DNA of 32,000 nucleotides from Gemmata obscuriglobus (GTDB lineage Bacteria; Planctomycetota; Planctomycetia; Gemmatales; Gemmataceae): NCBI RefSeq assembly GCF_008065095.1, contig NZ_CP042911.1, positions 8,100,001 to 8,132,000 of the forward strand, read 5' to 3'. Shown piece by piece: positions 8,770 to 17,130 of this stretch (position 1 is its first letter; each line of letters starts with the position of its first letter). The notes under the pieces were generated by a model. It saw only the letters and a program-made list of their open reading frames with translations, ran no database searches and was not told where the DNA came from. The position numbers and the translations under genes were made by a program.

Positions 8770-10158
8770 TTGGGGCCGGGGTGTACCCCACCGGCGCCCC
8801 GCCCGCGGCGCTCGCCCGACCTCCTGCCTGGACACCGGTCCGTGAGTGACCCACTCATCGCCCGCTTCGCCGATGCCTGCGGCGCGCTCGGCCCGCTCAA
8901 GCTGCGGGTCGACCTCGTTGGCGGGGGCGTTTTGGCCGAAGGGGCCGTGGACCAGCCGTTCACGCTTGTCGGTCGCGACGACGCCTGCGACGTCACCCTC
9001 TCGGATTCCGACATCAACCCCCGGCACGCGTGGCTGCAGGTGCTGGCCGGGCGCGTGTACGTCGTGGACCTGGGGAGCCGTAGCGGGGTGGTGTGGCCCG
9101 GAGGGGCGCGGGGGTCCGGCTGGCTCGACCACGGCACCGGGGCGAAGCTCGGCCCGTTCTCCTTGCGGCTCGGCGCCACCAGCGCGCCGCCCCCGGCGGG
9201 CGCCCCCTCCGGTTACAACCCGCTGGCCGCCGACCCGAACACCCTCAACCGCCCGCTCACGACCCTCGAGTTCCGCAACGGCAAGCGGGCCCGCGATCGG
9301 TGGACCGTGAACCGGCTGCTGACGCTCGTGGGGCGCTCGCCGGAGTGCAAGATCCACCTCACCGCCGACGACATCTCCCCGTACCACTGCGGTCTGGTGC
9401 TGACGGTCGACGGGTTGTGGGTCGTGGACCTGTCGGGCCGTGGGGTGGTGGTGAACGGCGAGCGGATGCGCGTCGCGCCGCTGCCGCACGGGGCGGAACT
9501 GTGGGTCGGCCGGTTCCTGATCGGGTGCCAGACGCTACCCGGTCCCCAGCCCACGCCCCCGCCCGGCGCCCGCGCGGCGCGGGGTACTCCGCCCGGCGCC
9601 CGCGCGGCCATTGAAGACGAAGTCGAATTGGGCGCCGTGCCGGACCTGACCGCGGACCTACCCGCGTCGCACATCATGGCCGACGCGTTCCGCGGCGCCG
9701 CGCTGGGTGGGCCGGCGTCGAACCCGATACTCGTGTCCGGCGGAACCGGGCAGCACCCGGCGGCGGGCTCGAACGGGTCGGCGACCGAGTTACTCGATCC
9801 GACCGGAGACGCCGCGGCGGCCGGGCTCGGGGCGCTGCTGCGTCAGATGGCCGTCCTGCACGACCGTGGGGCCGACGCGTTCGCCCAGTGGCTGGACCTG
9901 CTCCCGCGGCTGCTCGCCCAGGTCCAACCCGGGCACCGGCCCCTCATGCTGCACGAGTTGGGTCGGATCGAAGGCCTCACGACCGAGATCGCGGCGCTTC
10001 AAAACGAGGCGTCCCGGCAAGTACTGGAGCGCGCCGCGAAGCACGCAGCCGATAAGGCCCCCACGCCTACCGAACCCCCTCTCGACCGGCTCCGCGCGCT
10101 TTACCAAGAACGCGCCGAACGCTGGACGGCGGTCGCTTCCCTCTTCACGAACGGCTGA
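8770..10158 (+). CDS. FHA domain-containing protein (two FHA domains, C-terminal helical region)
   Basis: FHA 1: FTLVGRDDACDVTLSDSDINPRHAWLQVLAGRVYVVDLGSRSGV. FHA 2: TLVGRSPECKIHLTADDISPYHCGLVLTVDGLWVVDLSGRGVVVNGERM. The true start may be GTG 8842 (VSDPLIARF...). It is divergent from the exosortase operon. Confidence 0.8.
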   Translation: MGPGCTPPAPRPRRSPDLLPGHRSVSDPLIARFADACGALGPLKLRVDLVGGGVLAEGAVDQPFTLVGRDDACDVTLSDSDINPRHAWLQVLAGRVYVVDLGSRSGVVWPGGARGSGWLDHGTGAKLGPFSLRLGATSAPPPAGAPSGYNPLAADPNTLNRPLTTLEFRNGKRARDRWTVNRLLTLVGRSPECKIHLTADDISPYHCGLVLTVDGLWVVDLSGRGVVVNGERMRVAPLPHGAELWVGRFLIGCQTLPGPQPTPPPGARAARGTPPGARAAIEDEVELGAVPDLTADLPASHIMADAFRGAALGGPASNPILVSGGTGQHPAAGSNGSATELLDPTGDAAAAGLGALLRQMAVLHDRGADAFAQWLDLLPRLLAQVQPGHRPLMLHELGRIEGLTTEIAALQNEASRQVLERAAKHAADKAPTPTEPPLDRLRALYQERAERWTAVASLFTNG

Positions 10159-10411
10159 TCACACCTCTTCGGCACGCCCGCGATCTCGTAATGGCATCGG
10201 CGCGACCGCCTCGGTACGGTCGGTGCGGTCGACATTTCATCACAAGAATCAGCAGGTGCGTGATATTTCGATTACGAACCACTCGCCACGCATACGCACT
10301 ATCCTTTGTGGCGCACAGATTTTCGCCACATAGTTCTTGACTCCTCTTGGCGCTTGTGAGAAAAGTATGTGACTCGCAACAAAGCCCTCTCCCCTAATTC
10401 CGGGGGCGTTT

Positions 10412-10843
10412 ATGATCATTGCCCGCTCTCTTTTCGCGCTCGCGTTACTGTCCCTGCTCGCTGGCTGCTCCGATTCGCACGGGGGACGCCAGGAGATCAC
10501 CGGCACGGCCAAGCTCAAAGGGCAGCCGATCAAGGACGGTACGGTTTCGTTTGAACCGCTCGAAGGACAAGCGACTCGTGCCAGCGCGCCTGTAACCGCA
10601 GGCGCGTTCAAGATCCCGAAAGCGTCCGGGTTGGTTCCTGGCAAATACCTGATTCGCGTTTCTGCTGGCGACGGCAAGACGGCGATAAACCCGGTGAACG
10701 CCGACCAGCCGCCCGGTCCCGGGGGCGGCACCAACGTCATTTCCAAGGAATTGGTGCCGGCCTCCTGGAACGTCAATTCCAAGGAGGAGCGAAGCGTCGT
10801 TAAGCAGGACGATCCGAATAACTTCGACTTCAACATCCCTTAA
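10412..10843 (+). CDS. small lipoprotein (companion of the DUF1559 gene; carboxypeptidase-regulatory-like beta-sandwich suspected)
   Basis: MIIARSLFALALLSLLAGC is a signal peptide with lipobox L-A-G-C. The body (GTAKLKGQPIKDGTVSFEP...GKYLIRVSA) resembles the small lipoproteins that commonly flank DUF1559 genes in Planctomycetes. That association is from prior knowledge, not verified here. Confidence 0.7.
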   Translation: MIIARSLFALALLSLLAGCSDSHGGRQEITGTAKLKGQPIKDGTVSFEPLEGQATRASAPVTAGAFKIPKASGLVPGKYLIRVSAGDGKTAINPVNADQPPGPGGGTNVISKELVPASWNVNSKEERSVVKQDDPNNFDFNIP

Positions 10844-10865
10844 GTAATCTCTGCCCCGGTCGCCA

Positions 10866-10908
10866 GCCCGCCCGTTGTGCCCGGGTGCTCCGCGCACAAC
10901 GGGCGGGC
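10866..10908 (+). terminator. GC-rich hairpin between the lipoprotein and DUF1559 genes (terminator or attenuator; no U-tract)
   Basis: Perfect 15-bp stem gcccgcccgttgtgc (10866-10880) / gcacaacgggcgggc (10894-10908) with a 13-nt loop. Confidence 0.4.
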
Positions 10909-11006
10909 GCGACCGGGATCGAATCGCCCGCCCTCCCTGCCGTTCGCACGACAGGGCCATTCTCCGGTTCTCTCCATTCCATTTCTTTCGTTCTCGTGGA
11001 GGGTTT

Positions 11007-12050
11007 ATGGCCGCTCGCATGTCAGTCCGCGCGTCGCGCGCCGGGTTCACGCTGATCGAGCTGCTGGTGGTGATCGCGATCATCGCGATCCTGATCGGGT
11101 TGCTGCTGCCCGCGGTTCAAAAGGTGCGCGAGGCCGCCGCGCGTATGAAGTGCACGAACAACCTCAAGCAGATCGCCCTGGCGAACATGAGCTACGAGAG
11201 CGCGATCGGCACCTTCCTGCCTGGGATCAGCCGCTCCGGGTGCTGCTGGGGCACCTGGCAGGTGCCGATCCTGCCGTACATCGAGCAGGACAGTCTGTTC
11301 AAGATCTACGTCGGGTTCGGCGGGCAGGGGTACGCCACGCTGGGAGCCGCCCCGCGGTACGGCTCGGCCCCGAACTCGACCGTCGCACGAACCCGGCTCT
11401 CGACCTTCACCTGCCCGAGCGACACGCCGCAGACCCTCGGCTCGATCACCCAGCACAACTACGTGCTGAACGCCGGTAACACCAGCTTCTATCAGGTGTC
11501 GATCCCGATCGGCTGCTCGAACCCGTCGGTCACAAGCACCACCTGCACCGCGTTCGGTGGGGCGCCGTTCGGGTGGTACGAGGATCCGGCCGCGCTGGCC
11601 GCGGGCGGCGATTCGTCGCCGGCCGACTACACCGGCGGCAACCCGGAACAAGGCCGGTGCGGTCGCCAGCGCAAAATCGCCGAGATTTCCGACGGGACCA
11701 GCAACACGCTGATGGCTTCGGAGATCATCCAGGGCCAGGGGGGGAGCGACTACCGCGGGTTCAGTTGGTGGGGCGGGACCGCCGGGTTCACGGCCTACAG
11801 CCAGCCGAACAGCACCGACCAGGACGTAATCACCGGGGCCGGGTGCGGCCCGTCGCCGAACCCGCCCTGCACGACCACGTCGACCACGACCCGGCCGCGT
11901 ATGATCGTCGCCCGGAGCCGGCACACCGGCGGGGTGGTCACCTCGATGTGCGACGGGAGCGTGCGGTTCGTCCCGAACTCGATCAGCGTCGGCACCTGGC
12001 GGGCGCTGAGCACCGCGATGGGCGGCGACCTGCCCGGCAACGACTGGTGA
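11007..12050 (+). CDS. DUF1559 family protein with prepilin-type N-terminal cleavage/methylation signal
   Basis: Track ORF trimmed to ATG 11007, with GGAGGG upstream. [47 protein letters not shown] is the canonical type IV pilin-like leader plus DUF1559 opening. C-terminal [17 protein letters not shown] is the typical DUF1559 end. Confidence 0.9.
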   Translation: MAARMSVRASRAGFTLIELLVVIAIIAILIGLLLPAVQKVREAAARMKCTNNLKQIALANMSYESAIGTFLPGISRSGCCWGTWQVPILPYIEQDSLFKIYVGFGGQGYATLGAAPRYGSAPNSTVARTRLSTFTCPSDTPQTLGSITQHNYVLNAGNTSFYQVSIPIGCSNPSVTSTTCTAFGGAPFGWYEDPAALAAGGDSSPADYTGGNPEQGRCGRQRKIAEISDGTSNTLMASEIIQGQGGSDYRGFSWWGGTAGFTAYSQPNSTDQDVITGAGCGPSPNPPCTTTSTTTRPRMIVARSRHTGGVVTSMCDGSVRFVPNSISVGTWRALSTAMGGDLPGNDW

Positions 12051-12081
12051 GTCGGCCGGCGGTCGGTTGACCGGACGCGAG

Positions 12082-12135
12082 GGCGGTGGTGCCGTTCGTG
12101 TCGCGCGTGATCGCGACACGAACGGCACCACCGCC
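12082..12135 (+). terminator. long GC-rich hairpin downstream of the DUF1559 gene (putative terminator, no U-tract)
   Basis: Perfect 24-bp stem ggcggtggtgccgttcgtgtcgcg (12082-12105) / cgcgacacgaacggcaccaccgcc (12112-12135) with a 6-nt loop. It begins 31 nt after the stop at 12050. Confidence 0.5.
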
Positions 12136-12308
12136 ACAGTGTTCTCGGCGCGGGAGAATCGTGGTACACTCGCGGGGCCGCCGTTCCTCCTGACGCCTTT
12201 GATCGCGCGGCCAGCCGGTTGGTCACTCGTTTTGGTCTCTCGGGTCGAACCGACAGAGGCCGGGCTGGATCGTGGACGCAGGCGGGCGGTGCCGGAGCGT
12301 GTCAACAA

Positions 12309-12911
12309 ATGCCCCCTGAAATTACCGCACCCGATGTAACGTTCCTTTGGCCGGACGGCACCCCCGTTCGGCTGTCGCAATTCTTCACGTCTGATGCCTT
12401 GCTGCTCGTGTTCCTCCGGCACCTGGCCTGAATCCCTTGTAATGCCCACCTCGGTGAGGTGGAAACCGCCCGTGACCGGCTCGCGGCACGCGGGTGCTCC
12501 GTGCTCGTCGTGGCCCAAGCCGAACCCGAGGTGCTGAAACGCTACCTGTCCCGCCAAGCACGATCTGTGCCGATCGTGTGCGATCCCACTCGCGGCGCGT
12601 ACGCCGCGTTCGGGCTGGGGCGGACGACTTGGCTCACGTTCTTCAAACCGGCGGTGCTGTGGGGGTATTTCCGCGGCATGCTGCGCGGGTACGGGGTGAA
12701 GAAGCCCTACGTGGGCGAGGACGTGCTCCAGCTCGGCGGCGACTTCATCCTCTCGCGCGACCGTCACGTGATCTTCGCACACCGCTCAGCCGACCCGACC
12801 GATCGACCGGCGGTTGCCGATTTGATTGCGGCCCTGCCATCGGTTCCGCCGATCCCTCATGATCGGCCGCCCGATGCGCCCCGCGTTGACGGACCGGCGC
12901 GGGGAGAATAA
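12309..12911 (+). CDS. predicted selenoprotein: AhpC/TSA-type (PRX-like2 / PRXL2-SelU-like) thioredoxin-fold protein with U-x-x-C active site (Sec at codon 41, TGA 12429-12431)
   Basis: Track ORFs 12219..12431 and 12459..12911 are in the same frame, separated only by TGA plus 9 sense codons. Read-through gives ...LLLVFLRHLA-U-IPCNAHLGEVETARDRLAARGCSVLVVAQ...QLGGDFILSRDRHVIFAHRSADPTDRP. The TGA sits at the first Cys position of the CxxC redox motif, and a SECIS-like hairpin follows. ATG 12309 has GGAG 11 nt upstream. Confidence 0.7.
12446..12462 (+). promoter_or_regulatory. candidate bacterial SECIS element (upper stem-loop)
   Basis: CCACCUC-GGU-GAGGUGG is a perfect 7-bp stem with a 3-nt apical loop containing G-G-U, 17 nt in total. 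It starts 14 nt after the in-frame UGA. Confidence 0.6.
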
Positions 12912-12991
12912 CGATACGGTAACCGCTAACGTCTCGTCCGCTGGCCTCGCCCCTTTCCAGCCCGCCCGGCCGCTCAGGAAAAGGATTGCCA

Positions 12992-14515
12992 ATGACCTTT
13001 CGCACCTTGTTACCCGTCGTCGCGTTGCTCGCGGCCGCCGCGCTCGCGCTGCCGCGGTCGGCCGCGCAACCGGGCACCAAGACCGCACCGCCGCCCGGTA
13101 CCCCGCCCGTCGAGGCGGCCGACTTCTTGCTCCCCGACGAGTCCAAGATGACGCCGTTCCGGGAGCGCGTGCCGATCGTCTTCGTGACCAGCAACCAGCC
13201 CGAGTGGAAAAGCCTCAAGGGCTTCTGGAGCGAGGGCACGCAGAACGCCGCCGACCCCACGTCCGGGGCCACGTTCGCGCAGAAGGTGGTCAAGATCAAG
13301 GTGCCGCTGGGGCTCACGCAGGCGCCGGTGGTGCCGGCGGAGAACCCGATGACGGCCGAGAAGTGGGTGCTGGGCAAGAAGTTGTACTACGACAAGATCC
13401 TCTCGACCGACGGCACCGTGGCGTGCGCGAGCTGCCACAGCCCGACGAAGGGGTTCGCGGACGGGCGGCGCACGTCCACCGGCATCAACAGCGCGCTCGG
13501 GCCGATCAACTCGCCGACGGTGTTCAACACCGCGTACAACCGGTTCCAGTTCTGGGACGGGCGCGGGTCGTCGCTCGAGGACCAGGCGCAAGGGCCGGTC
13601 GGTAACAACAAAGAAATGTTCGGCGGGAAGGGCGACCCGTGGGAAGAGGCGGTCGTCCGGCTCCGCGCCGACGCCGAGTACGTTAAGGCGTTCAACCGCG
13701 TGTTCGGCCACGCCCCGACCCGCGACGCCGCCGCGAAGGCCGTCGCCACTTACGAGCGCACGGTGCTGCTCGGCAACAGCCTCGACGACCGCGCTTACGC
13801 CCAGATGCGGGCGCGCGTGACCGAAGAGGAGAGCGGCAAGTTCGTGCTGAAGCCGGAGGACTACGCGACCGTGCTGAAGGCCGAACTGGCGGCCAAAGGT
13901 CCGGCCCTCAAAGACCTGGGCCTCGACCCCGAGAAGGACGCGGGCAAGGTAGACGAGGTCGGCAAGCGCATCCTGAACGGCCGCACGCTGTTCTTCGATA
14001 AGGCCCGTTGCACGAACTGCCACACCGGCGACACCTACACCGATCACGGGTTCCACAACCTCGGCGTCGGGGTGAAGGACGGCTCGCTGCCGCTGGACGA
14101 GTTCGGCCGGTTCGTCCGGCTCGCCACGGGCCACAAGGACCAGACGTTCGTGGGCGCCTTCAAGACGCCCGGCACCCGCGGGTTGCTGTGGACCGCGCCG
14201 TACATGCACTCGGGCGAAGAGAAGACCCTCGAAGAGGTGGTCGAGTTCTACGACCGCGGCGGGAACGTGAACCCGTGGCTGAGCGAGAAGATGCGTGACA
14301 CCGCTGCCGAAGCGGCGTACGTCAAGGCCCGGGCCGAGGGCAAACCGGTCGACCCGGCGGTGAAGACGTTCGGCCCGTCCAAGAAGCCGATTATCCCGCT
14401 GAAGCTGAACCTTAGTGCGCAGGAAAAGGCCGACCTGGTGCTGTTCCTCAAGGCGCTGAACGGCGAACCGCTGGATCCGATCGTTGCCAACCCGGACGCC
14501 TTCCCGGGGCGGTAA
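12992..14515 (+). CDS. di-haem cytochrome c peroxidase (CCP/MauG family), exported
   Basis: Two CxxCH haem motifs (CASCHS, CTNCHT). FNTAYNRFQFWDGRGSSLEDQAQGPVGNNKEM and APYMHSG are CCP hallmarks. Signal peptide MTFRTLLPVVALLAAAALALPRSAAQ. ATG 12992 (AAGGA 6 nt upstream) is preferred over the TTG at 12986. Confidence 0.9.
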   Translation: MTFRTLLPVVALLAAAALALPRSAAQPGTKTAPPPGTPPVEAADFLLPDESKMTPFRERVPIVFVTSNQPEWKSLKGFWSEGTQNAADPTSGATFAQKVVKIKVPLGLTQAPVVPAENPMTAEKWVLGKKLYYDKILSTDGTVACASCHSPTKGFADGRRTSTGINSALGPINSPTVFNTAYNRFQFWDGRGSSLEDQAQGPVGNNKEMFGGKGDPWEEAVVRLRADAEYVKAFNRVFGHAPTRDAAAKAVATYERTVLLGNSLDDRAYAQMRARVTEEESGKFVLKPEDYATVLKAELAAKGPALKDLGLDPEKDAGKVDEVGKRILNGRTLFFDKARCTNCHTGDTYTDHGFHNLGVGVKDGSLPLDEFGRFVRLATGHKDQTFVGAFKTPGTRGLLWTAPYMHSGEEKTLEEVVEFYDRGGNVNPWLSEKMRDTAAEAAYVKARAEGKPVDPAVKTFGPSKKPIIPLKLNLSAQEKADLVLFLKALNGEPLDPIVANPDAFPGR

Positions 14516-14528
14516 AGGGGCCGTTCGG

Positions 14529-14559
14529 CACGACCGTCCGGTCTTTCCCGGCGGTCGTG
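14529..14559 (+). terminator. short hairpin after the peroxidase gene (weak terminator candidate)
   Basis: cacgaccg (14529-14536) pairs with cggtcgtg (14552-14559): 8 bp with a 15-nt loop, 14 nt after the stop. There is no clear U-tract. Confidence 0.3.
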
Positions 14560-14627
14560 AAATTGCTACAACGGTAGCCCACGGACACGTTCCGCGGGCT
14601 GCTTTCATCTTCACGGAGTCGGCCGGT

Positions 14628-15365
14628 ATGTCTTCCGACGCGTCCCCCGCGCCCGAACAACCGCCTGCGCCGGCCTGGGTGCCGCTCTCCCCACTCGACC
14701 GCCGTATCCTCGGGGTCCTGATCGAGAAGCAGAAGACTTCCAAGAACTCGGACTCCTATCCGCTCACATTGAACGCGCTGGTTACCGGCTGCAACCAGAA
14801 GTCGAACCGCGACCCGGTGGTCGAACTCGACGAGATCGAGGTCGAGGACGGGCTGGAATCGCTCCAGGAGCGCGGGTTCGTGACCCGGATCGAGGGCGGC
14901 CGCACGGACCGCTACCGGCACGAGATGTACAACCAGTGGACGCAGTCCGGTCCCGGGATCGCCGTTCTCGCCGAACTGCTGCTCCGCGGAGCCCAGACCA
15001 AGGGCGACCTGCGTACCCGGGCGGCGCGGATGGCACCGATCGATACGCTCGACGCGCTCGAAGAGGTGCTCCACCCGCTGGTCGAACGGCGGCTGGTGGT
15101 GTACCTCACCGGCCCCGACCGCCGCGGGGCGGTCGTCACCCACGGGTTCCACACGGACGACGAGTTGAGCCGCCTCAAGGCCCTTCACGCCGGCGGCCCG
15201 GTGTCGATTTCTGATGCGGCAGCACCGGTGGCGCGTTCGGCGCCGCCGGGCATCGACGCGCGGCTGACGGCGGCGCTGGCGGAGATCGAATCGCTCAAGA
15301 CCCGGGTCGCGGCTCTGGAGGCTCAGCTCGGAGCGCCACAAAAGCCGCCCACGTCGAACCCGTAA
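14628..15365 (+). CDS. yceH: YceH/DUF480 (UPF0502) family protein
   Basis: Track ORF trimmed to ATG 14628. LSPLDRRILGVLIEKQKTSKNSDSYPLTLNALVTGCNQKSNRDPVVELDEIEVEDGLESLQERGFV matches the winged-helix DUF480 pattern. A C-terminal coiled coil follows (LTAALAEIESLKTRVAALEAQL). Confidence 0.8.
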   Translation: MSSDASPAPEQPPAPAWVPLSPLDRRILGVLIEKQKTSKNSDSYPLTLNALVTGCNQKSNRDPVVELDEIEVEDGLESLQERGFVTRIEGGRTDRYRHEMYNQWTQSGPGIAVLAELLLRGAQTKGDLRTRAARMAPIDTLDALEEVLHPLVERRLVVYLTGPDRRGAVVTHGFHTDDELSRLKALHAGGPVSISDAAAPVARSAPPGIDARLTAALAEIESLKTRVAALEAQLGAPQKPPTSNP

Positions 15366-15392
15366 CGCCGGTCCTCCGGACTCGCGGCGACC

Positions 15393-16160
15393 ATGAACCC
15401 TGACAGCGACACGCTCTGGCGTGAGGGGGATGACCCCCTCGCACTCCTCGAAGACCTGTACCCGCCGAGCACGCTGGGCAGCGGCCAGCACCAGGTGCGC
15501 CAGTGCCGGCTGTACCTGATCGCCTGTGCGCGCCGCCAGTGGCAACGGCTCCCGGGCGTTTGCCGCGGGTTGGTCGAACTGGCGGAGTACTACGCCGACC
15601 GGCCGCGCGAGCGCGAGCCGTTGCGGGCCGCGCTGGAGCCGATCGCCGAAGGGCTCATGGGCTCCGACGGTGCGGAAGAAGATCTGGGCATCGCCGGGGC
15701 CGCGCTGGGGGCGGCCAAACGCACCTTACTCGGCCCCGATCATCTGAAACTCTCGGCCGATCATGCCGGCGGACGGGAACTCGAGCCGTCGGTGGGGGAC
15801 GACGAGTGGCGCGGGCTGGCGGCGCTGGTGTACCTGCCGTTTATGTTGCAGACACCGCCGTTCCGGTGGGTGCCGCGGGAGCTGCACTCAACGGCTCTGC
15901 TCCGCGAGGTGTACTACAACCCCTACCGGTTCGTCCCGTTTCCGGCGGCCTGGCGCACCTCCGACGTTCTCGGTGTAGCCCGGGCGGTGTACGATTCAAA
16001 CGACTTCGGCCAGATGCCCGTGCTCGGCGACGCCCTTGAGGACGCCGGGTGCGACAGCGCCGAAATTCTGAACCACTGCCGCCACGCGCCGGCCGAGTCT
16101 CACGCCCGCGGGTGCTGGGTGCTCGACCGAATCCTTAAGCGGGGGCAGAACCGGGGCTGA
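15393..16160 (+). CDS. hypothetical protein of a planctomycete/myxobacterial paralog family (C-terminal L-x-D-A-L-E-D-A-G-C ... H-x-R-G-C-W-V-x-D motif)
   Basis: 255-aa ORF with host-like codon bias. The C-terminus VLGDALEDAGCDSAEILNHCRHAPAESHARGCWVLDRIL is a motif I recognise from many Gemmata-type hypothetical proteins. No function is known. Confidence 0.6.
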   Translation: MNPDSDTLWREGDDPLALLEDLYPPSTLGSGQHQVRQCRLYLIACARRQWQRLPGVCRGLVELAEYYADRPREREPLRAALEPIAEGLMGSDGAEEDLGIAGAALGAAKRTLLGPDHLKLSADHAGGRELEPSVGDDEWRGLAALVYLPFMLQTPPFRWVPRELHSTALLREVYYNPYRFVPFPAAWRTSDVLGVARAVYDSNDFGQMPVLGDALEDAGCDSAEILNHCRHAPAESHARGCWVLDRILKRGQNRG

Positions 16161-16163
16161 CGG

Positions 16164-17129
16164 ATGGGCTACTCTCAGTTACTGGCCGACATCGTCGCGT
16201 TCCGCGACTACATCCAGTCCGAACGCGGGCTGGCGGAGAACACCCTTCTCGCATACGGGCGTGACCTCGCCCGGTACGCCCACTGGGTGGAGCAGGTCCA
16301 ACTCCCCGATTACACCCACCCGACGCTCAAGCACCTCGCGGCGTACGTCGCGTTCCTCCACGAAGAGCAACTCGCCGCGCCGAGCATCGCGCGGCACCTC
16401 GTCGCGCTCAAAATGTTCTACCGGTTCCTCCAACTCGAGGAACGTGCGTCCGCGACCACGGTGAACCTGCTCAGCTCACCGAATCTGTGGGAGCGGGTGC
16501 CGCAAGTGCTCCCGCCCCCGGCGGTCGAGACGCTGATCACCGCGCCGCAACCGGGCGACCGGTTCCACTTGCGCGACCGGGCGATGCTGGAGGTGCTCTA
16601 CGCGACCGGGTGCCGCGCGTCGGAGGTGGTGAACCTGAAGCTCAACGACGTGTACCTGGATTCCGGGTTCTGTAAGTGTGTCGGGAAAGGGAGCAAGCAG
16701 CGGGTGGTGCCCCTGAACCGGCACGCGGTCACCGCTCTGAGGGCGTACCTGGGTGGCGGCGTTGACGAAGGCGGCCGCCCAGCGGCCGGTCCTGAGGTGG
16801 TGTTCACGAGCAAAACAGGCCGCCCGCTGACGCGGATCCACCTGTGGGCGCTGGTGAAGAAGTACTGCAAGCGCGCCGGGCTGCCCAAGACCGTGAGCCC
16901 CCACACGCTGCGGCACAGTTTCGCGACGCACTTACTGTCCGGCGGCGCGGACCTGCGCACCGTTCAGGAACTGCTCGGGCACGCGTCGATCGCCACCACG
17001 CAGATCTACACCCACGTCGACCGCGACCGGCTGAAGGCGCTGCACCGGCAGTTTCACCCGCGCGGCGGGGCGCAACCCAGCCCCCCTCCGCCGGCGCCAC
17101 CTGGCAGCGAAACCCCACCCGCGGCATAA
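16164..17129 (+). CDS. xerD: site-specific tyrosine recombinase XerD
   Basis: [16 protein letters not shown] (N-terminal SAM-like domain), [27 protein letters not shown] (box I Arg), [39 protein letters not shown] (H-x-x-R ... H ... Y) and [13 protein letters not shown] Pro-rich C-terminal tail follows. The start is 3 nt after the upstream stop. Confidence 0.85.
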   Translation: MGYSQLLADIVAFRDYIQSERGLAENTLLAYGRDLARYAHWVEQVQLPDYTHPTLKHLAAYVAFLHEEQLAAPSIARHLVALKMFYRFLQLEERASATTVNLLSSPNLWERVPQVLPPPAVETLITAPQPGDRFHLRDRAMLEVLYATGCRASEVVNLKLNDVYLDSGFCKCVGKGSKQRVVPLNRHAVTALRAYLGGGVDEGGRPAAGPEVVFTSKTGRPLTRIHLWALVKKYCKRAGLPKTVSPHTLRHSFATHLLSGGADLRTVQELLGHASIATTQIYTHVDRDRLKALHRQFHPRGGAQPSPPPPAPPGSETPPAA

Positions 17130-17130
17130 A

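Noticed and set aside
10337-10342. TTGACT hexamer upstream of the lipoprotein gene as a sigma-70 -35 element
   Set aside because: There is no acceptable -10 hexamer at 16-19 nt spacing; the best candidate (aagtat) is at 20 nt. Planctomycete promoter consensus is also not established, so no promoter is called.
12219-12911. Interpretation of the two same-frame ORFs (12219..12431 and 12459..12911) as a nonsense-disrupted pseudogene
   Set aside because: The TGA falls precisely on the first Cys position of the CxxC redox motif, both halves keep an intact frame and a host-like composition, and a SECIS-like hairpin follows. Selenocysteine recoding is the more parsimonious reading. Pseudogenisation remains the alternative if the genome lacks the sel genes.
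11022-14743. Minus-strand ORFs 11022..12782 (586 aa) and 13010..14743 (577 aa)
   Set aside because: They are antisense to the DUF1559 gene, the selenoprotein candidate and the cytochrome c peroxidase. All three have strong family signatures, whereas these translations are Arg/Gly/Pro-rich with no recognisable domains.
16164-17129. Tyrosine recombinase as a phage or integrative-element integrase marking a mobile element
   Set aside because: The sequence is XerD-like along its whole length, including the LAENTL...AYGRDL and C-terminal [12 protein letters not shown] regions. Its G+C is host-like, and there is no adjacent tRNA, att-like repeat or phage gene.
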